Below are positions 24,500-37,314 of a DNA stretch of 64,000 nucleotides, piece by piece (the first letter of the stretch is position 1; each line of letters opens with the position of its first letter). This DNA comes from Camelus ferus (taxonomy: Eukaryota): positions 60,080,001 through 60,144,000 of the forward strand of contig NC_045697.1 of assembly GCF_009834535.1 (NCBI RefSeq), in the 5' to 3' direction. The notes below the pieces were generated by a model, which ran no database searches, was not told the origin of the DNA, and saw nothing but the letters and a program-made list of their open reading frames with translations. The position numbers were made by a program, and so were the translations under genes.

Positions 24500-24736
24500 T
24501 GAATATGCAGCAGAAACATACATTATAGATGTTAAGTGAATGATAGTTACAATAGAAACTGCATTCTTAGGTGCTAACACAACTAGGAATTTCAAAGACC
24601 ATCTTTTAAAGGAAATTTTTAGGAATTTTTAGGAATTGCAAAGACATAGGTTTGACTTCCTAGAATATTTCAGATTGCTTTCATAGCTAACTTCAGTAAT
24701 TACCTCTAGATTACTTACATATTTCACACAAAGATC
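24500..24736 (-). pseudogene. Pseudo-exon, 237 nt, containing a 10-bp tandem duplication
   Basis: tttctgttctgatag|gat...tca|gtaaga; DLCVKYVSNLEVITEVSYESNLKYSRKSNLCLCNS*KFLKISFKRWSLKFLVVLAPKNAVSIVTIIHLTSIMYVSAAYS. Confidence 0.65.
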
Positions 24737-24911
24737 CTATCAGAACAGAAATTTAAAACAAAGAAGAAATATTTTTATCATAAGTTTAGAAGAAAGAAAA
24801 AAATTCCTCCCCTGCCTCTGAATATTCAGCTGTTCATTCTTATCCCTCTTACCCCAGAGGACTCATTACTGGACTGGGAATGCCTGGGCTGTGGTTTAAC
24901 TGGATAAGTTC

Positions 24912-27840
24912 TGTGGCCAGCAGCCACTAAGCTGGTCCCTAGTAGTCCCTCCTCTTGTTTTTCACGCCCAGGTATAGTACCTTCCATTGAGTGAGGGTTT
25001 GGCTTTTTGCCTCACTTCCATTTATGTTACATAGCAGAAGGAATCATATTATAAGTTTATAAAAAAGCTGTGACTCCTATCCTGAGTACTCTCATTTTCT
25101 TTTGAAATCACTCACCCCAGGAGAACTCAGGCCCCATGCTGTGAACCAGCCTTGTAGAGAGACCCAAATAGCAAGTGACCAGGGACGATTATGTAAGTAA
25201 GTTTAAAAATGTACTCCCCCAGTCGAACCTTCTCAAGAAAGTACAGTCTCAGCTGAAACTGTGAACACTACCTCATGAAAGGCCTTGAGCCAAAGGTACC
25301 AGTAAAGCTGTGCCCAGATTTCTAACCCACTGAAACTGTGAAATGATAAATGTTTGTCATTTTATGCCACTAAGTTTTGGAATAATTCTTAAATGCAGAA
25401 ATAGGTAACTCATACAGAGCTTGGACTAAGAGTAGAGTGCTGTCATAACTAAAACCAGAATGCGGGCATATCTTTGAAACCAGGCAACCATGTGAGGACA
25501 GTGTTAAGTTAAAGCCTGAAGTACCTTGTTCCTAGAAGCTCCATAGTCTTATATAAGGCAGCCTGTGTGGGCTTCCAAGAAAGTAAGGAAAATTGTCTTA
25601 GAAACTGGAGGAAGGAGATCACTGTTAAGCAGAAGCAGAAAGTTTATCAGTAATCTTGCCTGCAGAAGTGAGTAAGGTAGAAAGTGTGCCTAATTAACAG
25701 GATAATCTAAAGAGTTTTTTAAGCAGAGTTGAGGGTACTGTCTGAATTCTTTTTGCTACTTATAGTACTTATAGAAAAATGTGAGATGAGAGAGAGACCT
25801 TGAGGACAGGACTGTTATGCATAAAGGAGACGAGACTTAATGGTTTTGGAAATTCTCAGCCTTTACAGATAGAAAATGATGCTGAAAATAGTAAGTTGTT
25901 ACCAAGCAAAGATTCAATCCAGGGAACTCTGAAAAATATAGTCTAAAGGTGAGATGAGGATGGATGGGGACTGTAAAATCCTTTGTTCAAATCTCAGTAT
26001 GATGAAAGATGGCGTCTCAGAGCACTGAGATAGACAACACCCTTTTAAGAGTATTAAGGCTATGCTTCATGGTTCTCTCAATTAAACAGCAGAGGTTCTG
26101 AGATGCTTAAGGGTGCTGTCTGTCAGCTATCTCAGAAGCCAAAAGGAGATTTGTGGATGTAGGTTTGTCAAGTGGAGTGAACACCAGTAAGATTCCCAAA
26201 ATACCTACACATTTAAAAATTATATTTCTATACTTGCGGAAAAAATTGCCAGCTTGGACTCAAAAGTACACCCACCATACATAAGGAAAAGGGGTTATTG
26301 CATGCCCCAAATTCTACTAGCAGATAAGAAAACTCAGTGGCGCACATGTGCTATTTTTAATGGGAAAAAAACCAAAAGGAAGCATGTCTCTAAGCTGAAT
26401 TAAGAACTTTGGAGAAAAACTCCTGGGCAGAAGAAGAATTGAGTCCTAATCAAGGAATGTTCAACATTTTCCTAGCTAGATTTCAAATCTGCTATGGACA
26501 AATATTCCTGTGTGCCTACCATTTCCCTCTTCTGAATAAAAATGTTTCTGGTGAGAATCCTAGGGTAATTTTACTATTATATGTTTGGTGTGTGTGTGTT
26601 TGTGGTGTGTTGTCTCTTTAAGTCATAGGTCTATAGATTGAGAGAAACTGTACCCAAAGGGCTGTACTTGAGAAACTGTATCTAAAAAGCCATATCTGCA
26701 CCTAGACCTGATTTAGATGAACAAGATTTTGGATATTTAACTGATCTCATAATGGGCTTAGCCTGCTGTGGGCCTTGGAGAGTTTGACTGAGAAAGATCA
26801 CCTGGAGGCAGAGAGTGAATTGTGGTATCAACCTCCATGATTGCTTCCAGTGATCCGACCCCTTACATAGTCATATCCTTGTCTATTTCTCTAAAACAGG
26901 ACTAGTATGACTAGTAGAATATAACAGATGTGATGTTATGTCACTTCTGAAATTATGTTATAAAAGTCATTTTGGCTTCTGTCTTGTTTGCTCACATTCC
27001 TCTTTTTTGGATTACACATCTGGGGAGATGCATTTATATTTTTATGAGCAACTCTGTGGTAACTCCACATGAGAAAGAATTGAGCCCTTTTGTCCACAGC
27101 CACAGGAATGAGCTTGAAAGCAGTTCCTTAAGACCCAGTCAAGCCTTTAGAAGTCTGCAGTCTCAAATGACAACTTGATTACAACCTCAGGAGGGATCTG
27201 GACTAGAAACACTCAGCTAACCGGATGTCCGATTCCTGGTCTTCTGAAACTGTTTGAGATAATAAATGTGTATCCCTGCAGCCGATAAATCTTAGAGTAA
27301 TTTTTTACAGCAGTATATAACTGTATTAGGATTCTCCAGAGAAACAAAACCAATAGGATATATAGAGACATAGAAAAAGAGATTTATTATGGGATTTGGG
27401 TCATGCAATTATGCAGGCTGAGATATGCCATCTGCAAGTTGGAGAACCAGGAAAGTGGGTGGTATAATCTGTGTTAAGTCAGAAGGCTAAGAACGAAGGA
27501 GGCAGCTGGTGTAAGTCTTAGAGTTCAAAGACCCAGAGCTTCAGTGTCTCCAGGAGCTCTTCTGTCTTAGGGCAGGAGAAGACAGATGTTCTACTTCAAG
27601 AAGGGAGAAAATTCACCCTTCCTCTGCCTTTTTGATCTATTCAGGTCCTCACTGGTTTGGATGATGCCCACTCATGTTGGTGAGGGGGAATCTGGTTTAC
27701 ACAGTTTAGTGATTCAAATGCTAATCTCTTCCAGAAACACCCTCACACATATACCCGGAAATAATGTTTTACAAGCTATCTGTCATTCCTTAGTCCAGTC
27801 AAGTCAACACATAAACTTAACCATCACAGTAGCTATTACA
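24912..27840 (+). mobile_element. MaLR (MLT1F-like) LTR-internal-LTR; LTRs 24912-25416 and 26821-27840
   Basis: tgtgg starts; MLT1 3' motif gccactaagttttgg...aactcataca; purine tract before the second LTR. Confidence 0.8.
27322..27828 (-). mobile_element. MLT2 (ERVL) solo LTR inserted in the last bases of the MLT1 3' LTR
   Basis: tgtattaggattctccagagaaacaaaaccaatagga...aaccatcaca; the host LTR resumes with tattaca. Confidence 0.85.
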
Positions 27841-27929
27841 GATACTAATCTGGTCAGTTACATGAAAGCCAGAGCAGTAGTGTTTTAATGTGTCATCTGA
27901 GTGTACTCACACATTCACCTTCGTTTTTC

Positions 27930-28390
27930 TTCACTTTTCTTCTTTCTTTCCTCCCTCCCTCCCACCTTTCCCTCCTTTTCTCTTTGCTTCCTTCTGTCTT
28001 TTCTTTCTTTCGGAAAATATTTTTTTGAACTTCTGTGTGTCATATTCAGGGAATTCAGCAATAAACAAGGCAGAGATGTTTTAAGCTGCTTAGATTCTGG
28101 TAGGGGGAATATAAACACTGCTTTCCTTCTAGTGAAGGAAATGAAAAATAATTATGCATATACAATAATAAATAATGTGAATTTAACCAGTAACATGTTA
28201 CAGAAATCAATGGAACATGAAATGTTTGTCGTGAGGGGACACCTAGAGAAGACATTTTAGATAGGAATTCAGAAATACCACTTTTAATAGGTAACAGATG
28301 AATCCATACCTCAATGATGCAAAGAGAGGAAAATGTGACAGCCTTGGAAAAGAATACTCCAGGCAGAGGAATTGGCATGTGCAAAATCTA
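27930..28390 (-). mobile_element. Pyrimidine-rich simple repeat plus L2 fragment
   Basis: CT-rich tract, then ggaaaagaatactccaggcagaggaattggcatgtgcaaa. Confidence 0.6.
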
Positions 28391-29022
28391 TGATTGTAAT
28401 TCTATCCCCTTTATTTTTCTGTGGTTATTAACAACCTCCAGGACTTCTTTCTGGTAAATCTAATTGGTCCAGGAGTGAAAATATGACCTAGCCCAAATAA
28501 TTGGGATCTGTTTTCTCTTGGGCACAAACAAGAAAGCACATTGCCTCATTTGTTGCTAGCAGCCCCCTTAAACCTATGGGAGAAGTCAGGCTGATAACAA
28601 AACCAGCATGGTGGGAAGGCAGAGGCCATAAAATACAGAAAAACAGAGAAGAAATCTTGATAGTTTTATACTCAAAGCTTACATACTTCTGAAACTTCTG
28701 TTTTGTGAGATAATTAATTGTATTGTTTTCTAGAACATGTTTGCTGCAAGTTTCTATAATGTGGTCAGAAGCATCTGTATCTGATTTATCTTTAGTCCAT
28801 TTGTTCCACTTACATGAATTTATCACATAAAAATAGTTATTTCTTGAAGTATATGACATACACATTCACAGACACAAAGAGAAATTACTGAAAAATATAC
28901 AGAAATATTTATTAAGACTTCCCCAATTAGCTCATGTTACCTTCCTTATAATCAGAAAAACTCAGTATTACACATACACAGAGAATACCCCATTCAGTAC
29001 ACCCAGCAAAATATTAACTTAC

Positions 29023-29476
29023 TCATTATCCAATTTAATTGGAAGTATAATGAATGCCTTGCTAATGGTAACAAGTAGGCTCTTTTCTAATGATCTTGTA
29101 GTAAAAGTGAAATTAAGTTTGATAATTCAAACACTTACAAGTGAATGGTATTCTTATAATCATCTTTATTTCAACAGTTATTTAATCACTGTGTGTATTA
29201 TCTTGAATAAGTAAATAAAGTCAAACTTATATAACTATATTAAACATAGAAATAAGAGGGAAATAGGATGAAAAAGAAATGGAGGATTATTTTCAAGATT
29301 CTACTTCACGTAGAAATATAAACCATGAAAAATCATAGCAAGCTAAGAGAAAATGAATCAGTGCATTTCTGAATATCATGCATATGTTTAGACCTCTTAT
29401 CCTTTGATATTAAGTTATGATTTTTTAGTGCTTTAATTGTCTAAAAATTCCTTCAGGGAAATTTTGTCCCTGTTTT
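29023..29476 (-). pseudogene. Two weaker candidate pseudo-exons (29476 to about 29401; 29234-29023)
   Basis: Acceptors atcattttag and tttaatatag; donor ga|gtaagt at 29022; NRDKISLKEFLDN*STKKS*LNIK; frames ambiguous. Confidence 0.35.
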
Positions 29477-30149
29477 CTAAAATGATTTGGAAATATACTT
29501 TTATAATTATATATAATTTTGCATATTTCATGGTTATGAAAGTAAACTATATCAGAGCCTTGAAGTTGAAAAGATGAACAAAATAAAGTTGAAGGATTAA
29601 AATGTTAATTAGCACAGGAGAAAAACAGACTTTTTTTCAAAAACTGTGTAACATCTATATTTCTTTAGAATAATTATTGAGCCCTGAAGAGAGAGATTTG
29701 GGAAACAAATTGAATTAAAAGTAGTTGGCTTCCTAAAATAACTTTTATACATTGTCCTCTTTATTCACTTTGTCATATAATATTAAATTCCACCTTGTTT
29801 GACACACACACACACACAGACAATCTAAAGCACAATTTATAATGAAAAGTGAATAATAATTATAAAGTTGGTTGCACTACAACACAACACAGCAGCTAAA
29901 CATGTGAAACAAAATCATTCAGAAATACAAGATGATTGAAATAAAACGCAGCTGCTATGTAATACATCTTTCTTTAACTGGTATAGACCTACTAGACAAA
30001 ATTTAGTATTAGAAAAATTCAATACTTTAATTAATGCATTTGATTTTATAAATTCACATATACTCATAAAATTGAGATGGTGGTCATTTTTCCCGCCAGT
30101 TAGTACCATAAGGATGAAAGGTAATAAAGCCTAAAAATCAGAACTTTTT

Positions 30150-33100
30150 GCACTGAAGCCTGGACTTGCTATAAAAACCTTTCTCTCTCTGAGTACCACC
30201 TCAAAGCTGGTAGCCTTCTGGTTCACTCAGTAAATAGGACAGAAGAGTCTTCCCAAGTTTAGAATATGCATCAGAACCCAATATGGCCCTTCAACTACCA
30301 AGCTGTCTTCTTAGAAGTAGGAGTTGAAGTGCATTAATTTGTTCTGTGATTTGGATCTTGCATGCCCAAAAGCCACTATACCCCTAAAAACTTATGTGAT
30401 GTACCTCTGAATTCAAAATGTTCATCTCCTACCATCTCAATCATGTGTGTCTCATCAAGGCTTCAGGTGTACTTGCCAGTTCTTGTACTCTGGTCTGATT
30501 CATAGACCAACGTGTGGAACTGTGAACTGTCCATTATAGTCCAGGGGCCTTTGGATATTTTACATTTTCTCAGCCAAGACTGCAAATTCATTCTATTGTC
30601 CATCACCTATAAATGTGAATTGCTACTTTTCCTCCCTCCTAATAGGAATAGAGAGGATTGCATTCACCAGATCAATTTCAACATACCATATGTCAAAGGC
30701 TATATCAAACTGGCCTTTAAAACCAAACCAAACCAACCAACTGAACAAACACAAACAAAAACAGTTCTTACAGCTGCAGTTAGGGCCACTCCTTGGTTCA
30801 GTCTGAGGTAGTCCATCATGATGTTAAAAACCAGACTTTTATATGTTTCTGTGTGACATATACATCTACTAGGAGATCCAGATGAAACCAGGAGTCTTAG
30901 GTAATCATGTCAGATCAGTATCTGCACCCAATAACTCCTGAAAAATCTGGGTATTCTCTTTTTCCCCAAAGCTTGTTACTTGAGTAAATTTCCATAGATC
31001 CCTATGTGAAAAGACAAAGGGTAATGACTTCTCAATGCACTTGCCATGGTATTGCAGGATCTTTCTTCAAAAGGGCCTGGTTTCTTCTCATTCCAGAGGG
31101 CTCCAGGGAGGTCAGAGAAACAATTCAAATCTAAAAAGTTGGCCAGAGACAGAGACTTTTCACTAGTGTCCTTAGCTTTCTGATCATCCATCCTTGATTT
31201 CTTTTCATTATATAAATTAGTCAATACCGTTGTTGCCTGTCCATCTATCTTGTCTCTGGGGATTGCCATACTGTTTTAACTATTTCATGTCTTTCTGCAT
31301 GGCAGCCTCTGATAGCTATCTTCTGATTTTGCTGTTTATTATAATATTTGTAACTACTTTGCTTCTGATAGGTAAGTGCTACCACTTGGCTTCTGTTATT
31401 TAGGGTCTTACCATCTCATTGCTATCAGAAAATCCAGTTGTATAACAGCATCTCCTATTGTCAGCCATAGCCTACAGAGACTAGTCACCAACCACTGAGC
31501 TGCTCAAATGATAGTGGTATATTCCACATCACTGTGGTAACTAGATGCTCCTCTAGGTCTCCCTTAGAAAGCTTTTACAGCTGGTGGTTTTCTTGGCCTT
31601 CCAGAGTGCATCTGCTCTGTCAAGCTCACCTCTCTGAGATTTGTGATCCCTTTCTTCACCATGTTGACAGCATTTCTGAAATTTCTACTTTACTTAGTAT
31701 GGCCCGTGTGTTTTTCTGAGTTTCCAAGATCCATGTTAGCTTGCAAATACTATTCCCCAAGTCCATGCCAAAACATCAAATCCTGTTTGGGGGATAATAT
31801 TCTCATCAATAAACTCTTCTTATGCAACTTGATTCCTTCCTCCTCTTTTACCAATTCCAAACTTGTACTGCTCACTGCAAGCCAGGCCAATAAATCAAGA
31901 GAGGAGTTGTTGAGTCAAGGAATAGTGACTTTATTCGGAAAGCCAGCAGACCAAGAAGATAGTGGACTGTTGTCCCAAAAAACCATCTTATCTGAGTTAG
32001 AATTCAAGCTTCTTTTATACTAAAGTGGGGTGGGATGGCTGGTTATTGCAAACTTCTTGATGCCAGAATCCTTTGTTCTTGCAGCTTTCCACACAGATCA
32101 GCTCTTGATGTTTCTCTAAACCTCCACAAAACATGTTATTCTCTGTTCTGCAGGTTTTTATCTCTGTATGAATGAAAAGTGTTATAGCTTCGAAGGTCAA
32201 GCCTGGTAGGCAGAGCCTTGAGAATGTGCTATCATGTATATTTCAGGCTTTAGGCACCATTCTTTTTTCGGTGGTACAGAGCCAGCATGACTAAGCACAG
32301 GCAACAGAACACAAAGGTTAGAGCTAAAGGATAGATCCAATATGGAGTCAGATTTGTTCTTCTCTGTTTCAGAGGCAATTCTACTGTCTTTCAAGAAGGG
32401 AGCAAGGCTCCAATATTCCTGGAGAATCAGTGTGTTCAAGGCTCTCATTTGGATCTTCCCAGATATCACCAACTCAAGTCTAAGGCTTTCATTCCTTCTC
32501 TGTTAGATCTTGATCTTGACATCAGAGACCTGCCAGGACTGAGAATTTTAAATTCTCTGAAGATCTGTTACATTTAAGTTTTAATTCTGAGCCTAGTCCT
32601 CCTTTCTCTGTGGGAGATTAGGCTTTCTTTGACTGCCAAGGTGGTCCTTGGGCTTTCACAGTTTGCCTTGAATTAGTGATAATCTCTCCTTGCCTGTCGT
32701 TTTCTCTCTTCAGTAAACCTGAGTTGCTTGACAACAAAAAAATCCATTTAATTTTCCTTATACATAACATTTCCCTCCTGCCTATCAAGAACTAATAATA
32801 TTGCACTTACCAGTACATCCCTTTATACTTGTATCCTATCACTACTGAGAAAATTTCTAACAATTGCTAGGAGTGATCCGTCCACCATTTACCAACAACA
32901 TAAGGTCCTCATTGCAAGATGGCCAGTTAGTGATCCATCTCCAAAGTTGATTTTTGATCCTATTTCTCAGGACCACCCCAAGGCTCCAAATGTCTTAGAT
33001 TGAATTCCCTAGAAACAGACTCTCAGATTGAAAGCTGTGCATAGGTGGTTCATTAAAGAATAACTTGGAACATACAAGTGCAGGGAAGGTAGGAGGAAGT

Positions 33101-33411
33101 GGAAAGAAGGAGAAGCTGAACCATAATGCAGTTGCCACTAAGGCTGAAGCCAGTCCTGCCTGGAACTGTGAACCCAGAAGGGTCCTTTAGAGTGGTCCAA
33201 AATTGAGACCAGGGGGCCTAGTCTTTGCTTACCTGCTTAACTCTGGTGTTTCTCATCCACTGTCTCATGGAAAGGAACATAAACTTTGGCAACTTCCTGT
33301 GTCTGAAGACAATTCATAGTTAGGCAAGTATCTGTCAACTCTTACGTGGTGCTGGGTAATATTGTTGTCCCTGAATAAGGGACTGGTTGGAGCATCAGAG
33401 ACATCCACTAT
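30150..33411 (-). mobile_element. ERVL-class (ERV3-16/HERV16-like) provirus remnant with LTR16-like 5' LTR 32991-33411
   Basis: ORF 30976-31269 (IPRDKIDGQATTVLTNLYNEKKSR...NFLDLNCFSD) resembles the ERVL Gag C-terminus; LTR begins tgtcttagattgaattccctagaaacagactct. Confidence 0.75.
31846..32371 (-). mobile_element. Younger ERV1-type solo LTR nested in the ERVL
   Basis: gactttattcggaaagccagcagaccaagaagat...ccaatatggagtcagatttgttc...tgtttca. Confidence 0.7.
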
Positions 33412-33419
33412 AGCAAGGA

Positions 33420-34460
33420 TTTGAGAAACTAAATGGAAAGGTTATCTTCCGAGAAAAATGATAATAAGTAAAATTAACCCACAAAGTGAAAAACTTGTTT
33501 AGGCCAACCACTGTAGAGGAATACAGACAGTTAATTTAAAATGCATCATTAAAAGACAACAAAATAGATGGCCTGAGAGCTATACTAATGAATATTTTAC
33601 AATTATACTTTACAGAAAAATTTGTGATAAGGAATAGCCACAAAAACATAGGGAAAGAGGGCAATAAAGAAATCTATTTAATTGAATTAAAATTACACTT
33701 GTACAGAATAGTCAAATACGCATCAGTAGAACAAATTAGAGAATTAAGAAATGTATCTCAGAAAATTTGACATCCATATACACCCATATATGTATACATG
33801 TATTTGAATTCAGTAGACAGAGGATAGATTTGAAATAGTTGGTGCTGGCACATTCGTTAACCAGCTGGAAGAAAATAAAAATGTATATACATTTGTAATG
33901 TAATTAAGTTCTTATATATTATAAATATAAATAGAAAAAGAAAATTAAATTCTATCAGGTAAATTTAGGAAATTACATTTAGAGAAGTTATATAAGATTT
34001 AGATCCTGAATTTATAAAGTAAAATGTATTCATATATGGCTAAAGTTTAAAAAATCTTTTTATGTTTAAAGATATGGTAAAAAAAAAAAAGACATGAAAG
34101 CATTGGAAAAAAATAAATGTGTACTGCACGTGACAAAAGAAAAGAATTATAAGAATCTGAAAAGGAAAAAAAAAGTATGTATATGCACAAGTGAATAACT
34201 TTGCTGTACACCTGAAAGTAACATTGTAAATCAAGTACGCTTCAATAATTTTTTTTTAAAAAAATGATCACATATTTTCAAGAAAAAGATAAAATCAAAA
34301 AGTATTAAGGATATGAATAGAAAATTCATAGAAATGTAAGTTGAAAACATAAAATAATGCATGCTCAAATTCACATCTGTTGTTAGAGAAGTGCAGATTG
34401 TAGTGGCAAAGATATAATTTGCACCCAACTAACTAACCAAAAATTAAGAGTCTGAATATT
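33420..34460 (+). mobile_element. Degraded L1M ORF2 fragment with a short younger L1 3' end (about 34175-34265)
   Basis: gaataactttgctgtacacctgaaagtaacattgtaaatcaa; surrounding A-rich L1-like sequence. Confidence 0.6.
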
Positions 34461-34572
34461 CTAATTATTTGGACTTCTTATTCAGAAATCTGTATGGAAG
34501 CCTGTGGCTAACTCGTCTGATTTTGTTAAAAGAACTGGTTCTTGCAGAAGTATCATTTAGCTTGTCTCTCAC

Positions 34573-35453
34573 TTGTCATGTTCCAGCTCTTATAACCTGT
34601 GTATTGATATTCCCATAGGTTTTCTCCACCTTTTGTGATCTCATTTCACAGAAGGGTGAGGAAAATAACTTGTTCCATGTCAGCATACTAGATGATTTTA
34701 TTCAGTGCTTATTATTCTATGTACTAACATTTGTCAGCGTGTTGCAAATATTTTACCTGTCACCAATTTATAATTGTTTTTAATAATAAATTAGTTTTAG
34801 AAAGCAAGTGCTTGTTTAAACGGTACCTTCTGAACATGCAAATCAGGAAAATCTCTCGGTATACTTCTTATGCTTCATCACTACATTTACATTATCTACT
34901 TATCTATCTGTCTGTCTATCAAGATGTTGATTTATTCCCCTAAAAATAAAAAGGGAAAAATGTACCCATTTCAATTGACCGATATTATTTTGACCAGAAA
35001 TCATAGTTTTACTGTGAGTGCAATTAGTTCAAGTTCAGATGAACTAATTTAAAATGAACTACTCAAGAGCTATCACGTTGGCAAAAGTTGTTCTGTAGAG
35101 ATCAGTAGAGTACTTTCTCTTTTTTAAAATTCTTAGTAGCGGGGAACATATGGGCTAAAAGTATTTGTATTTTTATTTATATGTTTACATTTTTAACACT
35201 CCATAATATTCACCAGAGCAGTACACTAAGTTCATGATGCCACCCATAGCGTAGTGTTAATCCCGTGGTATAACAGGTATTCATCAGGGCAAAAATCAAC
35301 TATTTTCAGTGCTGTACTTATTATTTTCTGTTCATCCTTCCCCTTTAATCTCTTTCCACTATGGGAAACTGATAGGTAACTTGTCTAATCTCTGTTATAT
35401 TTTTCTTAATCCTTCTTTTTGCTTAATTTTGATCTCTAATTTCTTAGAAAAAT
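34573..35453 (-). pseudogene. Candidate pseudo-exons 35453 to about 34966 and 34687-34573
   Basis: FSKKLEIKIKQKEGLRKI*QRLDKLPISFP*WKEIKG/KDEQKIISTALKIVDFCPDEYLLYHGINTTLWVAS...; YADMEQVIFLTLL*NEITKGGENLWEYQYTGYKSWNMT|gtgaga. Confidence 0.45.
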
Positions 35454-35504
35454 CTGTCAATCATATGCATCAATTTCCATTAAAGTAGCATTTGCTTAAA
35501 CTGT

Positions 35505-35625
35505 AGTATTTTTTCAGCTTTATTGAGGTATAATCGACAAATAAAATTAAGATATTAAAGTGTACAATGTATGATTCAATACACACATTGTGAAAGGATT
35601 CCCTCCATCCATAAACTCTAGTAAT
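35505..35625 (-). mobile_element. L1MA-type 3' end fragment
   Basis: cagctttattgaggtataatcgacaaataaaatt. Confidence 0.75.
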
Positions 35626-35629
35626 TTTT

Positions 35630-36160
35630 TTGCCTGTAATGATCTTATTTGAAAATATGTACCTGATCATATCATTCAATTATTTAATGTTTTCTCATGC
35701 TTCCTGCTACCTATAGAAACGTTTCCAGACTCTTTGTCATGATATAAAACGTGTTCTACATAATCTAACCTCAGTTTACCTTCCTAGTGGCATTTCTCAC
35801 CAATCTCTGTAGAGAAACAGATGAAGTCCAATGTCATTTACACAAAGTTTTCTCTGCTCTTGAACCATTGTGAGTTTGCCATTATTGTATCACACTCCTG
35901 TGGCACCTATCTCTTACTTGTTCTTTGAGGCATTTTATTGCCTGATGACTCGCTTCCCCGTATTTCAGATGCCCTTCTACCACACAGCCATGCAACTCTA
36001 TATTTCTATCATAACAATTGTCATACTGTATTGCAGTATTACTTTACTTGTCTGCTTCCCCTATTAGATGTGGAATTTTTATTTATATTACTAGTGTCTG
36101 GCACAATGACTAGAAATTGATAGGAATTCTGTTAAGTATTTTGAATAAAAGGATGAAGGG
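35630..36160 (+). mobile_element. L2 3' fragment
   Basis: ctagtgtctggcaca...gtattttgaataaaaggatgaa. Confidence 0.6.
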
Positions 36161-37314
36161 AAGAAAATAGGTTATCTGATAGTACACCTATAATTTCTTA
36201 AATGTGTAACTTAGATACATCCATCCATTCATCTTCTTAGTCATTCTGTCATACATTTCACATGCCTATGAAGAGTACTCAAGAAATAATATTTAAAGGT
36301 TGTAATTATTAATGATAGTAACTATCTTATTTTTTATACCCTAAGTGTCCTTATTTAGACTTTGCAGATTAATAAAATAAGATGTGATGAATTTAAATGC
36401 TCAGCAGAGTGTTGACCATGTACCTACCACCTATTCAGAGAGATTGAGCTACTTCCCCAGGGTCATACAATTAGTTTTCATTTCAACTGGAATGTGCTTT
36501 CATTAAATTTGAATCTATAGTCTAATGTAAAATTTGGAAAATGCAGTGAATGAAATTTATTTGGCAGGAAAATTGCAAAAAAAATTATAAGCAGAGTTCT
36601 AAGTTAACCACATTTGACATTACTATAATATCAGCTAATTCAGGGCAAAATTGAAAAGTTTAATAATCAAAAATGATTGTGTACTTTTTTATAGGTGATC
36701 CACCTCTTACATTTTTGCTTTAGATATGCACTAAGGAATATTTTCCAGGCTGAATCATTAAAAAAATGATAAAGGGAGGATTCTTTCCATTTCTAAAAGA
36801 TACATGCTAATAATGATATAGTTGTTTTTACAAATGCATGGAGTATAGTATATGTGTACACACACCCACACACCTCCATAAACACACACTTAGGAGCACA
36901 CACAACTCTCAAAGACATCCAGAGATTCTGAACATTTTAGTTTCATCTGGAGCAACTAACATGAACTAAACTTAGACATAGCTTCCTCCAAAACCCAATC
37001 TTTTGGAAAATACAAATTCTTAGATTCAAATTATACAGTAAAATGAATGTATTAACCACCTAGTTGATTTCTAGGTTAAAAAGAAGCTTGACTTTATTTG
37101 GCCTTTTCCTTTGTAAGGAACATTAAAGATGCTTTTTTATAAGTTTTGAAACTAATAGAAAAAGATGGCAAAAAAAGATGATCAGATAGTAGAAATTACA
37201 AAATAATTTTTGTGGGTCAAATTTTGAGTAAATTACATTAAAAGATTACAGAGCATTTGCTGAACTTTTGATTCTGCTATATAATGTCAATCATTTATTA
37301 AGCATAAATACAAC

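Noticed and set aside
29915..30109. 64-aa minus-strand ORF as the first exon of the relic
   Set aside because: I found no convincing splice donor or phase link, so it is left unassigned.
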